Notes under the pieces: model-generated
The model's input: only the letters and a program-made list of their open reading frames with translations
What the model was told of the DNA's origin: nothing
Databases searched by the model: none
Made by a program: the position numbers and the translations under genes
Assembly (NCBI RefSeq): GCF_902713615.1
Contig: NW_024055470.1
Coordinates: forward strand, 62,001 to 126,000
From: Scyliorhinus canicula
Taxonomy: Eukaryota
Length of the DNA stretch: 64,000 nucleotides
Reading direction: 5' to 3'
Shown here: in pieces, positions 1 through 12,832 of the stretch
How positions within the stretch are numbered: position 1 is the stretch's first letter
Layout of the letters: the number at the start of each line of letters is the position of its first letter

Positions 1-231
1 CAGAATGTACCAAATTCCCTTTTGGAAGTTACAGTCCAATGAGATTCCAGCACCTCATTGCAAATGGACAGTGCATTACAAATCACAACGATTCGCTGTG
101 TTTTACAGCAAATAATTGTGCGTATGGTGTGTCTGGAGTTTCACAGTATTCAAAATGGTGTCAATGCTGTGGTTATTACACTAAATAAGACCCAATCTTT
201 ATCAATGATTTTGGTGAGGACACCGAGTGTA

Positions 232-1145
232 ATATATCCTTGTTTGTGGACAATTAGAACAAATGTACATTTTTATAAAACCTCTCACTACCACTGGACC
301 ACCTGAAGTGTTTTAAAGCCAATGGAGTACTTTTGAAATGTATTCACTGTTGTAATGTAGGAAGCTGTAAGTACGCATATGTAATCACATTTAGGTTTTA
401 AATTGTTATTTTCATAGTGCATTCACTGTCATTAGTAATAAGGTCAAGGAAGCCCTTTTATGTCTCTAATATGTGGCTTCCTGCAGCCATTTCACCTGTA
501 CCGTTTCTGTATGAACTACGTATTGATTTCATAGCAATAAACAAGAATTAAATTCATGATTATTCAGTAGTTAACATTGATTATCATTAGTGAATTGGTG
601 TATTAGGTAATTATATTGCAAAGACTAGATCTTTAATTTTAAAAATAACACAATCAACCAAAATGTTTCCAGAAACTGCAGAGCTATCAGAATTTGTTTG
701 AAAAATAAATTACTTTTATAATTTTGAGAAGTTACAAGACAACCATATTCTGCCAAGAATATGTGGGCTGGGCAGTGGAGTAATGGTATTGTTACTGGGC
801 TAGTAATCCAGAGACCCAGGTTAATGCTCTGGGGATCTGGGATTGAATCTGCCTCTGACAGATATTGAATTTGAATAAAATCTCAAATTAAAAGTCGATT
901 TATGACATTGTTGATTGTTGTAAAAACCCATTTGGTTCATTAATGTCCTTTTGGAATCTGCTCTCCTTACGTGGCCTGGTCTACATGTGACTCCAGATCT
1001 ACAGCAATGTTGTGGTTGGTTTGTAAGCCTCCTCTGAAATAGCCTCACAAGACACGCAGTTCAAGGGCAATTGGAATGTGCAGTAAATGCTGGTCCAGCC
1101 AGTGACCCCCACCTCCCATTAATGAATAATTCTTAAGAAGGCTCA
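232..1145 (+). repeat. Inverted segmental duplication copy A (partner at 13495-14340)
   Basis: Long reverse-complement matches, e.g. tcaaccaaaatgtttccagaaactgcagagctatcag (~655-690) vs ctgatagctctgcagtttctggaaacattttggttga (~13915-13950). Repeat junctions are shared, including gaagctgtaagtacgc. Confidence 0.85.
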
Positions 1146-1177
1146 TTGTTCAATCTGAAGATTAGTAAGAAACTGTC

Positions 1178-1320
1178 TCTTTGATTGGATTTGATTTATT
1201 GTCACGTTTCCCGAGGTACAGTGAAAAGTATTGTTCTGCCTACAGTCCAGACAGATCGTTCCATACATGAAACAATCTAGGACATCCGATAAATACACAA
1301 TGTAAATACATAGACACAGA
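1178..1320 (-). mobile_element. 3' tail fragment of a Rex1/Babar-like LINE
   Basis: ttggatttgatttattgtcacg...gaggtacagtgaaaagta is the reverse complement of the 3' end of the element at 50270-51140. Confidence 0.7.
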
Positions 1321-2119
1321 CACAGTGTGAAGCGTAAGTGACCTAGTGTATCTTGTATCAAATGTATCAATTAAAATTGTATTAATTAGCTACCAATCTA
1401 ACGTGATTAAATAAGTAGTGATCCTTAATTGAGTTACAATTAATTAAACAATAATGAATCAGTAGTTATAGTAAAAGTCTGAGTTTTATTTGTTGTAAAA
1501 ATATAAAAGCTTAATCGCTGTGTATATAAAGAATGTGCGATGAGGATAAATGTACCGGCAAGGGAGACCTTCCAATTCTGATTAGCCTCAACATTTGAAA
1601 CTGTTTGAATAAGGGGTTGTACAGAATCAGATAAAGGGATAGTATGAAACTGTTCAATTGTATTCCTGTCAAAGGTAATGAGAGAAGGTGGTGTCAGTAA
1701 TTAAACATCCAATTAAATTAAACTGGTGCCCAATTAACCAATAGTCATGTTACCACAGGCCCAACTCTGACATGAGGTAATGGTCACTTTGGGGGTAAAA
1801 GTCGAGGTTCCGAAGGTCTTCCTTGCTGGTCAAGTACTGAAGACTCTCGAGGCCGAGTTCCAAGGAAATTAGTGTCAAAGAAGGAGCCAGGGAGGGTTAC
1901 GCTTCCACAGACTGATCACCTGCATGAAGTTGTAAATGTAAATGTCTTCAAGTCAGTCAGTAAAGCTTTTCTTTAAAAAAACTCCTTTTTAAATTTACTG
2001 TCCAGAATTCTGCCTTTGATTTAATTGGTTATAAAGTCTTGTCCGAACCTAAAGCAAATTATTAATTGGGGATGTCTGAAATCAATTAAGGATCAGAAAG
2101 CATCAATCTTCAACTTTAA

Positions 2120-2275
2120 AACTGCACTTCTGTAGCGCCTTTCATAACCCCAGCATGTCCCAAGCTTGAGTGTCGTCACTGTTCTAGGAAATGCAGCAGC
2201 CAATTTCCACAAAGCAACATGGCACAAACAGCAATGTGGCAATGTGCAGATCATCTGATTTTGGTGATGTTGATT
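2120..2275. mobile_element. Ancient SINE fragment (Deu-domain/SacSINE-AmnSINE-like)
   Basis: gcgcctttcata...gtcactgttctaggaaatgcagcagccaattt...aaacagcaatgtg resembles the DeuSINE core from recall; related pieces at ~300-370 and ~14200-14300. Confidence 0.5.
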
Positions 2276-2289
2276 TTAAAAAAATACAT

Positions 2290-5200
2290 TTTGTTAAGGT
2301 TTTGTAATTTTAATAATAAGTGAGAACAGTAAACAATGCAAATCCACATAAAACATCGTGCATAAATTATCTCCATCCCTAACAAGTCCCTCCTACCCTC
2401 AACAGAAAATAGCCTAACTATCCCCCCTTTAAGTTTTGTGCCTCTGCTGACAGTTAATTTTCTCTAAAGAAGTCGACAAACGGCTGCCACCTCCTGATGA
2501 ACCCGAGCAGTTGACCCTCTGAGGGCAAACTTGATTTTTCAAGTCTGAGAAACCCAGCCATGCCGCTAACCCAGATCTCTGATTCCAGGGGCTTCGAGTC
2601 CCTCCACGCTAGCATATCCATCTCCGGGCTACCAGGGAGGCAAAGGCCAAGACATCAGCCTCTCTCGCCCCCTGGACTGCCGACACTCCAAAATCCTGCA
2701 CCTCTGGCTCAGCACCACCCGTGTTTTAGGGCCGTGGACATGACATCTGCAAAACCCTGCCAGGATCCCCCAAGCTTCAGGCAGGCCCAGAACATATGGA
2801 CATGACTTGCTGACCGCCCCCCCCACACCTGTCCTCTACCCCAAGAAACCTGCTCATCCAGGCCACCGGCATGTGTGCCCCGGTGAACGGGGCAGCACGG
2901 TGGCACAGTGGTTAGAATCGCTGCCTCATGGCGCCAAAGTCCCAGGTTCAATCCCGGCTCTGGGTCACTGTGTGGAGTTTGCACATTATGCCTGTGTTTG
3001 CATGGGTTTCGCCCCCACAAACCCCAAGATGTGTAGACTAGGCGGGTTGGCCACGCTAACATGCCCTTTAATTGGAAAAAATAAATTGGGTACTCTACAT
3101 TATTTTTATAATGTCTGCCTGTGAACGACCATAAATTGTATCAGGACTGAGCCTGGCACATGATGAGGACGTATTGACTCTGCTCAAGGCATCCGCCCAC
3201 AGACCTGCCTCTATCCCTCCCCAGAGCTCCTCTTCCCATTTACCCTTTAGCTCCTCTACCCGACTCGATGAGTTCTTTGTAGATATCCGATACCTTTCCC
3301 TCTCATAACGTTTAAGAGCCTTCTGACATTGGCCGAAAGTTGCCTGCCCTTCACAAACCCTGTCTGGTCTTCCCTTATCACCTCAGGGACACAGCCCTCT
3401 AGCCTCGAGGCCAATATTCTGGCCAACAGTTTGGCATCCACGTTCAATAGGGAGATTGGCCTATATGACCCACATAGCTCAGGGTCCTTCTCCCGCTTCA
3501 GGATCGAGGCCTGCGGCATTGTTGGGGGGAAGGGCACCCTGCTCCCTTGCCTCATTAAATACCCTCACCAGCAGCGGGCCCAGCATCTCCGAGAACGTCT
3601 TATAAAATTCCACTGGGTAGCTGTCCGGTCCCGGGGCCTTACCCAATGCCTGGCCTCCAGCCCCTCTACTATTTCTTCAATTCCAATCGGGGCTCCGAAC
3701 CCCTCCACCAGTCCTTCCTGTACCTTCGGAACTTCAACTCGCCCAGAAACTGCCTCACCCGTCAACCCCAGCTGGGGTTTCCGGCTCATATATCTTACTA
3801 TAAAACTCCTTAAACACACCTTTCACCCCTGCTGGGTACAAGACCGTGTTTCCACCTCTGTCCTTCAGTCTTCCTATCTCCCTGGCCGCCTCCCTTTTCC
3901 TCAGCTCATGCGCTAATATCGTACTGTCCTTTTCTCCACACTCATATACCGCCCCCCTCGCCTTCCTCAATTGCTCCACCACCTTCCCTGTAGATAACAG
4001 CTCAAACTCCATTTGTAGCCTCTGCCACTCCTTCAATAACCCCACCTCCGGAGCCTCCGAATATGTCCTGTCCACCTGGAGTATTTCCCCAACCAGCCTA
4101 TCCCTCCCTGCTCGCTCCACCTTTTCCCTATGGGCCCGTATCGAGATGAACTCCCCCCTAACCACTGCCATCAGCACTTCCCAAACCGTTGCTGCTGAAA
4201 CTTCCTCAGCATCATTTATTTCCAAATAGTTCTGGATGGACTCCCTCACCCGCCCACACACCCCCTTATCCGCTAACAGTCCCACACCCAACCTCCATTG
4301 CGGGCGCTACCCTCCCTCCTTACTCACCCGTAAATCCACCCAATGTGGGGCATGGTCCGACACAGCAATTGCCGAATATTCAGTATCAACCATCCCGCCA
4401 GTAAAGCCCGGCTCAGAATAAAACAGTCGGTCCGGGAGTACGTTTTGTGCACATAGGAGGAAAAAGAAAACTTCACTCTTGGCCGTCCGAACCTCCATGG
4501 GTCTACCACCCCCCACCCCATCTACTCCATGAACCCCTTCAAGTTCCTTCGCTACTGTTGGTACCCTCCCTGTCCTTGACCTCGACCAGTCCAACCTTGG
4601 GTCAATGACCGTACTGAAGCCTCCCCCCATGATCAGCTTATGCAACTCTCGGTCCGGGATCTTACCCAACACCCTCATGAATTCCACACTGTCCCGGTTT
4701 GGTGCATATATATTCATAAGTACCACCAGCATCCCCTCAACCTTTCCACTCACCATGATGAACTTTCCCCCACGTCCACCACTATTCTCCCTGCCTCAAA
4801 TGCCACCCGTTTGTTGATCAGGATAGCGACCCCCCCCCTAGTTTTAAGAGTCCAGCACGGAACGAAATACTTGGCCAACCCATTCCTTCCTCAATCTGGT
4901 CTGATCTATTGCTCTCAGGTGTGTCTCCTGCAACATTGCCACGTTCGCCTTCAATCCCGTTCGCCTTCAATCCCATCAAATGTATGAACTTTTGAGCCCT
5001 CTTAACCAGCCCATTCAGCCCTCTAACGTTCCATGTACTGATCACCCTTCTTAGGCCAGCCTCCAGCTCGCGTCCCTCACCTCCATTGGCCCGCCTTCGG
5101 GCATCCACTGTCCTCGACCTCCCCGTTTGTCTCTCAGCAAGTTTCTCCTCTGTCAGCAGAGCAGCTCCCGCTTCCCCCTCCGCCCCACTCTTAGCAGCAC

Positions 5201-6515
5201 AAGAATCCCAACCCCCCTTAACAAACTTACCACCTGCTCACTACCCCCTCCCCCACTGCACTTCCGTGATTTAGCCCACCGAGCCTGGTAACCCACCCAT
5301 GGCGCCAGACATCCTATCCCATCCACCCCCCCCCCCCCGCTCGAACATACATATTCAAAACATCACAGTCCCCAATCAACATACAGTAGAAAAAAATCCC
5401 TCCACCATCTACCTACTGAAATAAAGTTAACTTACAAATCTAAGCAACGGCCTAAAAACTGTTACACAGAGAGCACTGCATATACAGATCAAAACTAAGG
5501 AAACTTTAACAGAATCGATACCGCAATACCCTCCCCCAAGGTTCAATGCCCTCAAACCCCTGCCAGCCTTTTGTCTTTGATAAAGTCCATCGCTTCGTCC
5601 GGCGATTCAAGGTAAAGTTCTTGGCCCTCATACGTGACCCACAGATGCATTGGGTATAACAACCCAAACTTCACCCCCTGCTTGAAGAGGGCCGATTTTA
5701 CCCTATTGAATCCAGCTCGTCTTTTGGCCAGTTTCACGCCCAGGTCCTGGTAGATGCGCAGCTCACAGTTCTCCCACTTGCAGCTCAGTGTCTGCTTTGC
5801 CCACCGCAAAATCCGCTCCTTATCCAGGAAGCGATGCATTCGCACCCGGATCACCCTCGGAGGTTCATATCGCTCGCGGCTTCCTCGCAAGCGCTCTATC
5901 TACTTCCAAGGGTCGACAAAACGCCCCATCTCCCATCAGCTTTCCGAGCATATTCGTCACACATGCCCTTGCATCCGACCCTTCACTGCCCTCCAGGAGG
6001 CCGACAATCCTCAGGTTCTGTCTCTGGGACCTGTTCTCCAGGTCCTCCTGCAACTTTTTCTGGTGGTCCCTCATCAGCCCCACCTCCACCTCCAAAGCGG
6101 TTAAATGGTCCTCGTGCTCAGCCACCTTCTGGATCGCCGGTCCATGGGCTTCCAGCCCCTGTCCACCCAATCAATCCTTGCCTTAATTAGGTTGCCTTCA
6201 TTTGCTTGGTGACGCTCTCCTGAATGAACTCCACCCGCAGTAACATTGACCACTGTGCCACCAAACCGGGATCCTGCGCCTCTGCCATGCTTTCCCGTGC
6301 TGCAGGTTCTACAGTCAGCTTCTCTGCTCAACTAATTCTTCTTTTACGACCATTTCTGGTCCACGGCTCCACGTACTGGTGGGGGATTTCTCCTCACTGT
6401 CTCACTCTCCACCGATGTTTCTAATAGAATTCCGAAACAAATCGAGAGAAAAGGTCCGTCACGAGCGGGAGCTCCCAAATGCGCGACCTCCTACTCCATG
6501 GCCGGCACCAGAAGT
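2290..6515 (-). mobile_element. L1-clade LINE, decayed, with an internal deletion of the RT core
   Basis: ORF1 fragments (NRSQRQNLRIVGLLEG; PPRVIRVRMHRFLDKERIL), APE start (VISTWNVRGLNG) and RT N-terminus (GSYRPISLLNVDAKLLARILASRL...DQTGFVKGRQ). The RT is joined at ~3290 directly to C-terminal sequence. Many stops and frameshifts. Confidence 0.9.
2889..3110 (+). mobile_element. tRNA-derived shark SINE (HE1/V-SINE-like) inserted in the L1
   Basis: gggcagcacggtggcacagtggttag A-box and ggttcaatccc B-box head; imperfect flanking duplication ending gtgaac. Confidence 0.85.
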
Positions 6516-6881
6516 CAAAAGGATGAAATTTAGAGACAGTTTGGTCCGGTGGGATCGTGGAAGGGAGGGAAGCAGCAGAGGCAGCTGATCGGATTGACTC
6601 AATCTCAGTCACAAAGAAGCTCCACAAGCTCCTCACACTTCTTGTTGGAGGTGAAGATGGAAGAGACAGGGGAGAGCGAGAGAACTTCAAAAGGAACAAA
6701 CGTGTGTCAGAGATATTAGAAAGTTTCAACACTGCGTATTTAACATAATTCTAATTTATTTAACTTTCAGCCAGAATATTAGCCCCTGTAAATGGGCTGG
6801 AGTTTATTATCAGGAGAAAGAGACCCAAATGAACATGGTTCAGTCCTGAGTGTGAGTAACAGCAAAATCCAATCACTGTGG

Positions 6882-8560
6882 TTACTTGTGGCCTCGCTGG
6901 TGTCTCAGCAGGTGGGATAACAGAGTGAATCCCTTCCCACACTCGGAGCAGGTCAATGGCCTCTCCCCGGTGTGAATTCGCTGATGTGCAGTGAGGCAAG
7001 ATGATTGTCTGAACCCAGTCCCACAGTGAGAGCACCTGAACGGTCTCTCGTCAGTGTGAACACGTTGATGGCGCATCAATTCCCCAGAACTTTTATAGCT
7101 CTTCCCACAGTCTGGACATTGAAACGGTCTGTCACCAGTGTGAACCCGCTGGTGTTTCCGCAGTGTGGATGATTCAGTGAATCCCTTCCCACACGTGGAG
7201 CAGGTGAACGGTCTCTCCCTGTGTGAACTCGCTGGTGACTCAGCAGGTTGGATGACTGAGTGAATGCCTTCCCACACGTGGAGCAGGTGAACGGTCTTTC
7301 CCTCGTGTGAACTCGCTGGTGTTTCCGCAGTGTGGATGACTCAGTGAATCCCTTCCCACACGTGGAGCAGGTGAATGGTCTCTCCCCAGTGTGAACTCGC
7401 TGGTGTTTCCGCAGTGTGGATGACTCAGTGAATCCCTTCCCACACGTGGAACAGGTGAATGGTCTCTCCCCAGTGTGAACTCGCTGGTGACTCAGCAGGT
7501 TGGATGACATAGTGAATCCCTTCCCACACGTGGAGCAGGTGAACGGTCTCTCCCCAGTGTGAATTCGCTGGTGTTTCCGCAGTGTGGATGACTGAGTGAA
7601 TCTCTTCCCACACGTGGAGCAAGTGAATGGCCTCTCCCCAGTGTGAACTCGCTGGTGCCTCAGCAGGTGGGATGACTCAGTGAATCCTTTCCCACACTCG
7701 ATGCAGGTGAACAGTTTCTCCCCAGTGTGAATTCGCTGGTGTTTCCGCAGTGTGGATGACTGAGTGAATCCCTTCCCACAGGTGGAGCAGGTGAATGGTC
7801 TCTCCAGAGTGTGAACACGCTGGTGACTGAGCAGGGCGGATGACTGAGTGAATCCCTTCCCACACGTGGAGCAGGTGAATGGTCTCTCCCCTGTGTGAAA
7901 TCGCTGGTGACTCAGCAGGTTGGATGACTGAGTGAATCCCTTCCCACACGTGGAGCAGGTGAACGGTCTCTCCCGAGTGTGAACTCGCTGGTGACTCAGC
8001 AGGTTGGATGACTGAGTGAATCCCTTCCCACAGGTGGAGCAGGTGAATGGTTTCTCCCCAGTGTGAACTCGCTGGTGACTCAGCAGGGCAGATGACTGAG
8101 TGAATCCCTTCCCACACGTGGAGCAGGTGAATGGCCTCTCCCCGGTGTGAACTCGCTGGTGACTCAGCAGGTTGGATGACTTAGCGAATCCCTTCCCACA
8201 GGTGGAGCAGGTGAACGGTCTCTCCCCTGTGTGAACTTGCTGGTGACTGAGCAGGGCGGATGACTGAGTGAATCCCTTCCCACACTCTATGCAGGTGAAC
8301 GGTCTCTCCCCAGTGTGAACACGCTGGTGACTCAGCAGGTGGGATGACTGAGTGAATCCCTCCCCACAGGTGGAGCAGGTGAATGGTCTCTCCCCAGTGT
8401 GAACACGTCGATGAGTTTCCAGCTGGGATGGGGAAGTGAATCCTTTCCCACAGTCCGCACATTTCCACGGTTTCTCCTCAGTGTGACTGCATTTCTGTCT
8501 CATGGGGCCTGATGACGTGTACGGTTTCTCCCCACTGTGAATGATGCTTTTTCCTTCCAT
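6882..8560 (-). CDS. C2H2 (Kruppel-type) zinc-finger protein, ~19 tandem fingers; single 1-bp frameshift at ~7217
   Basis: ORF 7076-8725 has 15 CxxCGKGF...HQRVH fingers with TGERPF linkers. ORF 6882-7277 continues with 4 more fingers after one G is missing from ACA GGG GAG AGA. Probable start is MEGKS at 8560; splice acceptor tttcacag ends at 8670. Confidence 0.9.
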
Positions 8561-8941
8561 GTTCAATATCCGCTGATATTCAGGATATGATAAATTGAGG
8601 GCTCTTGTCAGATCCTGATGTGATGCTTGATTTGAGTTTCCGGACTTTGAAGCCTCCCCTTCGAACACCCTGTGAAACTGATTTAAAACAGAAAATAGGG
8701 AGTGTGAGAGAACCCACAAAAACACAAAGGCAGGTTGTGAAATTGGGCTGAATGATTCTGGTCATTTGTGGGGCTGGCACTGGGAAAAAGTGACCATGAA
8801 AACTGCTGGATTGTCACAAAAACCCAACTGGCCTCTTTGGGAGGAGAGAGAAAGAGGTGAAGAGGGATTTTGTATATCTACAAGTCATATTAAAGAGAAT
8901 AGATAGCAAAGCAAATTCAATCTTGAGCTTCATAAACAGTA

Positions 8942-9300
8942 ACCAAAGAGAAAATGCTGGAACATCTCAGCAGGTCTGGCAGCATCTGTAGGGAGAGAAA
9001 AGATCTCATGTTGAGTCCAGAGGGGCTGGTTTAGCTTACTCAGCTAAATCGCTGGCTTTTAGCAGACCAAGCAGGCCAGCAGCACGGTTCGATTCCCGTA
9101 CCAGCCTCCCCGAACAGGCGCCGGAATGTGGCGACTAGGGGCTTTTCACAGTAACTTCATTGAAGCCTACTCGTGACAATAAGCCATTTTCATTTCATTT
9201 TCATTTCATGGTCCTTTGTTAACTCTTTTCCTTCCCTACAGATGCTGCCAGACCTGCTGAGATGTTCCAGCATTTTCTCTTTGGCTTCAGATTCCAGCAT
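8942..9300. mobile_element. Inverted-repeat (Penelope-like terminal) element, ~60-bp arms, with a SINE in the centre
   Basis: ccaaagagaaaatgctggaacatctcagcaggtctggcagcatctgtaggga (8943-) is mirrored at ~9232-9285. Confidence 0.65.
9022..9208 (+). mobile_element. Second tRNA-derived SINE family with (CATTT)n tail
   Basis: ggggctggtttagc...ggttcgattcc...gtgacaataagc(c/g)attttcattt; other copies at 27001, ~29500 and 29678. Confidence 0.85.
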
Positions 9301-9354
9301 CCGCAGTAATTTGCTTTTATTCATAAACAGGAATATTGATCCCAAAACTATGCT

Positions 9355-9690
9355 TCTGGTGGCACGGTGATTAGCACTGCTGCCTCACGGCGCCAGGGAC
9401 TCGGGTTCAATTCCGGCCTTGGTGACTGTGTGGAGTTTGCACTTTCTCCCCGTGTCTCTGTGGATTTCCAGCCAGTGCTCAGGTTTCCTCCAACAGTCTA
9501 AAGGGAACGTTAGGTGGATTGGCCTTGATAAATTACCCATTAGTGTCCAGGGATGTGCAGGTTATGTGGGGCTATGGGGGTCACAGGGACAGGGTAGGAA
9601 TGTGGGCCCAAACAAGTGCCCTTTCAGAGGATCAGTGCAGACTTGATGGGCCGAATGGCCTCATTCTGCACCTTCGGAATTCTATGGTTC
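9355..9690 (+). mobile_element. V-SINE-like element with CR1-type tail
   Basis: tRNA head ggcacggtgattagcactgctgcctcac and tail gatgggccgaatggcctc...aattctatg. Confidence 0.8.
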
Positions 9691-9699
9691 TATTTCTAT

Positions 9700-10770
9700 T
9701 CTATGCATCTTTATAAAGCTCTGGTCACCACTCTTCAGGAAGGATGTGAAGGTTCTTGAGAAGGTGCTGAGGAGATTTACCAGAATGCTTCCAGCAAAGG
9801 AGGTTGAGGGGAGATTTGATTCAGGTCCAAAAGATTATGCCAGATTTCCATCGGGTGGACAAAGAAACCCTTTCCATTCACTGATCGGACAAGCAGATAC
9901 GTGGATAGGGTGGAATTAAGTTAATCTGTCAGGACACAGATTTAAAGTTTTGGGTCAAACCTGGATTGAACTATAGAAGATCCTGAGGGGTCCTGACAGG
10001 ATGGATGCGGAGAGGATGTTTCCTCTTGTGGGAGAATCTGGAACAAGGGGTCACTGTTGCAAAATAAGGGGTCACTGTTGCAAAATAAGGGGTCACCCAT
10101 TTCAGATGGAGATGAGGATTTTTTATTCTCTTGAGGGTTGTAAAACTTTGGAACTCACGTCCTTAAAAGGCAGTGGAAGCAGAGTCATTGAATATTTTTA
10201 ACGCAGAGCTGGATAGATTCTTGATGAGCAAGGGGGTGAAAGATCATCAGGGGTAGGCAGGAATGTGCAGTTGAGGTTAGAATGAGATCAGCCGCAATGT
10301 TATTGAATGCTGAGCAGGCCCGAGGGGCCGAGTGGCCTGCTCCTAGTTTGTATTTAAAAGGTACAGGAGATATGAGGTGATATGAGATATGTTTTCACAC
10401 AGCGAGCGGCAATGACCTGAAACTTGCTGCCTATGAGGGAGTTTGAAAATAGACACAATGAATCATTTGATTTCAATAGGAAATTAGATAGACATCTGAG
10501 GGAAATAAAACTATGAGGATACAGGGAGCAGGAGAATGGCACTGACTGGATTGCTCCAGAGAGCTAGCATGGACTCAATGGGCCGAATGCCCTTCTTTGT
10601 GCCATCATGTCTCTGACTCTTTTGTGTCGTCTAGTTTTGTAATTTAACCCCGGAGGGTTCAGATATCACTCAGGTAAATCTGTGCTACATTCCCTCCGAG
10701 GCCATTCTATCCTTCCTCAGGTTTGTTGCCCAGAACTGAACACAGTTCTCCAGGTTTGGTCTAACCAGGG
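9700..10770. mobile_element. Degraded CR1 RT/3' fragments in both orientations
   Basis: aggagatttaccagaatg, gagaggatgtttcctcttgtgggagaatct and ggtctaaccaggg are similar to the 3' part of the CR1 at 15-19 kb. Confidence 0.7.
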
Positions 10771-10975
10771 TTTGTGAATCTCGGGGCTTTTCCAGTCACA
10801 CTGAGACCTGAAATCTTCCCTCACAGCCAGAACAGACAAACCTTTCACCTCCCACACCCAGATGCTGCTGATATTCAGGTTCTGATGAATCGAGTGACTC
10901 TGTCAGATTGCGATGTAACATTTGGTTTGTGTTTCCCGTCTGTTAAACCTCCTCTTCCAGTATCCTGTAAATTTA
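10770..10975 (-). pseudogene. Relic of a paralogous ZNF coding-exon 5' part (possible non-coding exon)
   Basis: Minus strand tttacag|GATACTGGAAGAGGAGG...ATCTGACAGAGTCACTCGATTCATCAGAACCTGAATATCAGC aligns with the start of the ZNF exon at 8669 (tttcacag|GGTGTTCGAAGGGGAGG...ATCTGACAAGAGCCCTCAATTTATCATATCCTGAATATCAGC). Confidence 0.65.
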
Positions 10976-11158
10976 CAGAAACCTCACTGTCAGTTTAGGA
11001 TAGAAATTCACAACTTTCTCTCCTCGCCAACTTTGATTAAATGTATTCCTGGAGGTTTGATCACATGACCTGCCCCCATCCTCCAGCCATTAATTGGTCA
11101 ACACATCCGTCCTTGTGACACACTGCCTTCCTCGGCCAATTGGGAAGCAAAAGGGCTC

Positions 11159-12128
11159 TGTAGCCACCTAAGATGGACACTGGGCTAACAAGATGGAGAA
11201 CTGCTAAGACTGCAGGGAAAAAGCAGTTTAGCCAAGTCAAGCAGTCTGCAAAGACTGATTAGCATTTTGCACGCAGCAAAACTAGTTTCTGGCCAGGTGG
11301 AAGATCTCAACCAAAGGTGTTAATAGCAAAACGCTTTGCATATTAATGAGGCAATCCAGATCTGGGCACACACAATGGCAACATTTGGGTTTGAATAGAT
11401 ACTTTAAGTGGATGTCCAGACAGAGCGGCACCAAAGGTATCCACCACAAAAGACCATAGAGACCGCCCCCTCCATCGAGGAGAGACCCTCCCATTGGGGG
11501 ATTCGAAAGATATCGATTGGGAGCTGATCCAATCGATACCTGAAGGTAAAAGCCCGCCCCAAAAAAGGCACGGACATTGGGGGCCCTATAAAAGATAGAC
11601 CCCCACACATGGTCCGGTCTGTTTTTGTGCTCCGGCTTTGACTTCGACCCAGAACTTCGACTTGTATCCTGACTCCAGCCGTTGAGCACCAGCCGCCGAA
11701 CCGTAAGTGACAATACGACGCTCGCTACGCGAACCAGCCCCACTAGACCCCCAGCGACCAGCACACTCTCTGAAGGTTACAGACCAAGATCGAAACGAAG
11801 GCCTCGCTCCCTGACCTTGCCTGTTCCTGTTTAGTTAAGTATTCTGATCGCTTAGTTTAGTTGTAGCTTAGTCCCTTAGCGTGTGCATGCGTATTTATTA
11901 TATTTGTAATAATAAATACTAATCGTTTGGAACTTACTAATCGGTGTATAGTTTTATTACTTTGAACCTGACCTTGGAATATTTGTGAGGTGTTTATACG
12001 ACACCTGGCGACTCCCGAGCTGAAAATACACATATAGAGCCTAGCAGTGTTAAGCACACGGCCTTTAAACGGAGGCGTGTTAATACACTCCAATAAACGC
12101 GAATTACACTCAAGTAAAACGTGCAACA
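11159..12128 (+). mobile_element. Solo LTR (TG...CA) with 4-bp TSD GCTC
   Basis: Starts tgtagccacc, ends acgtgcaaca; gctc at 11155-11158 and 12129-12132; paralog at 24151-25163. Confidence 0.85.
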
Positions 12129-12609
12129 GCTCATTACCCTTCAGGAGAGTGATTGACTGTCAGCCAAACAACCTTTATCCCATTTTCAATAATTGTATAT
12201 CTGCTGAAGATAAATGTTCAAAGAAAATTACAAAAAAAATGTTTTCACTGTTGTAATGATTTTTCAAGGACCCAAAATTATTTTTGACCCTCCTAATGAT
12301 TTCCCAGACACGAACCTCACCAAGGTAAAATTTGAATTCATTGAAAGTCTACTGATGACCATGAAACCATGATTGTCGATTATTGTAAAGACCCACCTGG
12401 TTCACTCCTGACCTTCAGTGAAGGAAATCTTCGATCCTTACCTAGTCTGACCGACATATGACTCCAGATCCATAGTCTGCTAGCTGATTCTTAAAATGCC
12501 CTCTGAGATGCACTCAGTTCAAGGGCAATTAGGGCTGGGCAGTGAATGCTGGCCCAGCCAGCGACACTCACATCCCAGGAATGAATAGAAAAGAAAATCT
12601 GCCATCCTT

Positions 12610-12832
12610 TTTTTTAATAAATTTAGATTACCCAATAAATTTTTCCAATTAAGGGGCAATTTAGCGTGGCCAATCCACCTACTGTGCACATATTTGGGTT
12701 GTGGGGCGAAACCCACGCAGACACGGGGAGAATGTGCAAATTCCACACGGACAGTGAACCAGAGCCGGGATCGAACCTGGGACCTCAGAGCTGTGAGGCA
12801 GCTGTGCTAACCACTAGGCCACCGTGCTGCCC
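12610..12832 (-). mobile_element. V-SINE-like element with 16-bp TSD
   Basis: aaaatctgccatcctt at 12594-12609 and 12834-12849; poly-T tail on the left. Confidence 0.9.

Noticed and set aside
1345-2110. Possible additional solo LTR
   Set aside because: LTR-like composition, but I could not find matching TG/CA ends with a TSD.
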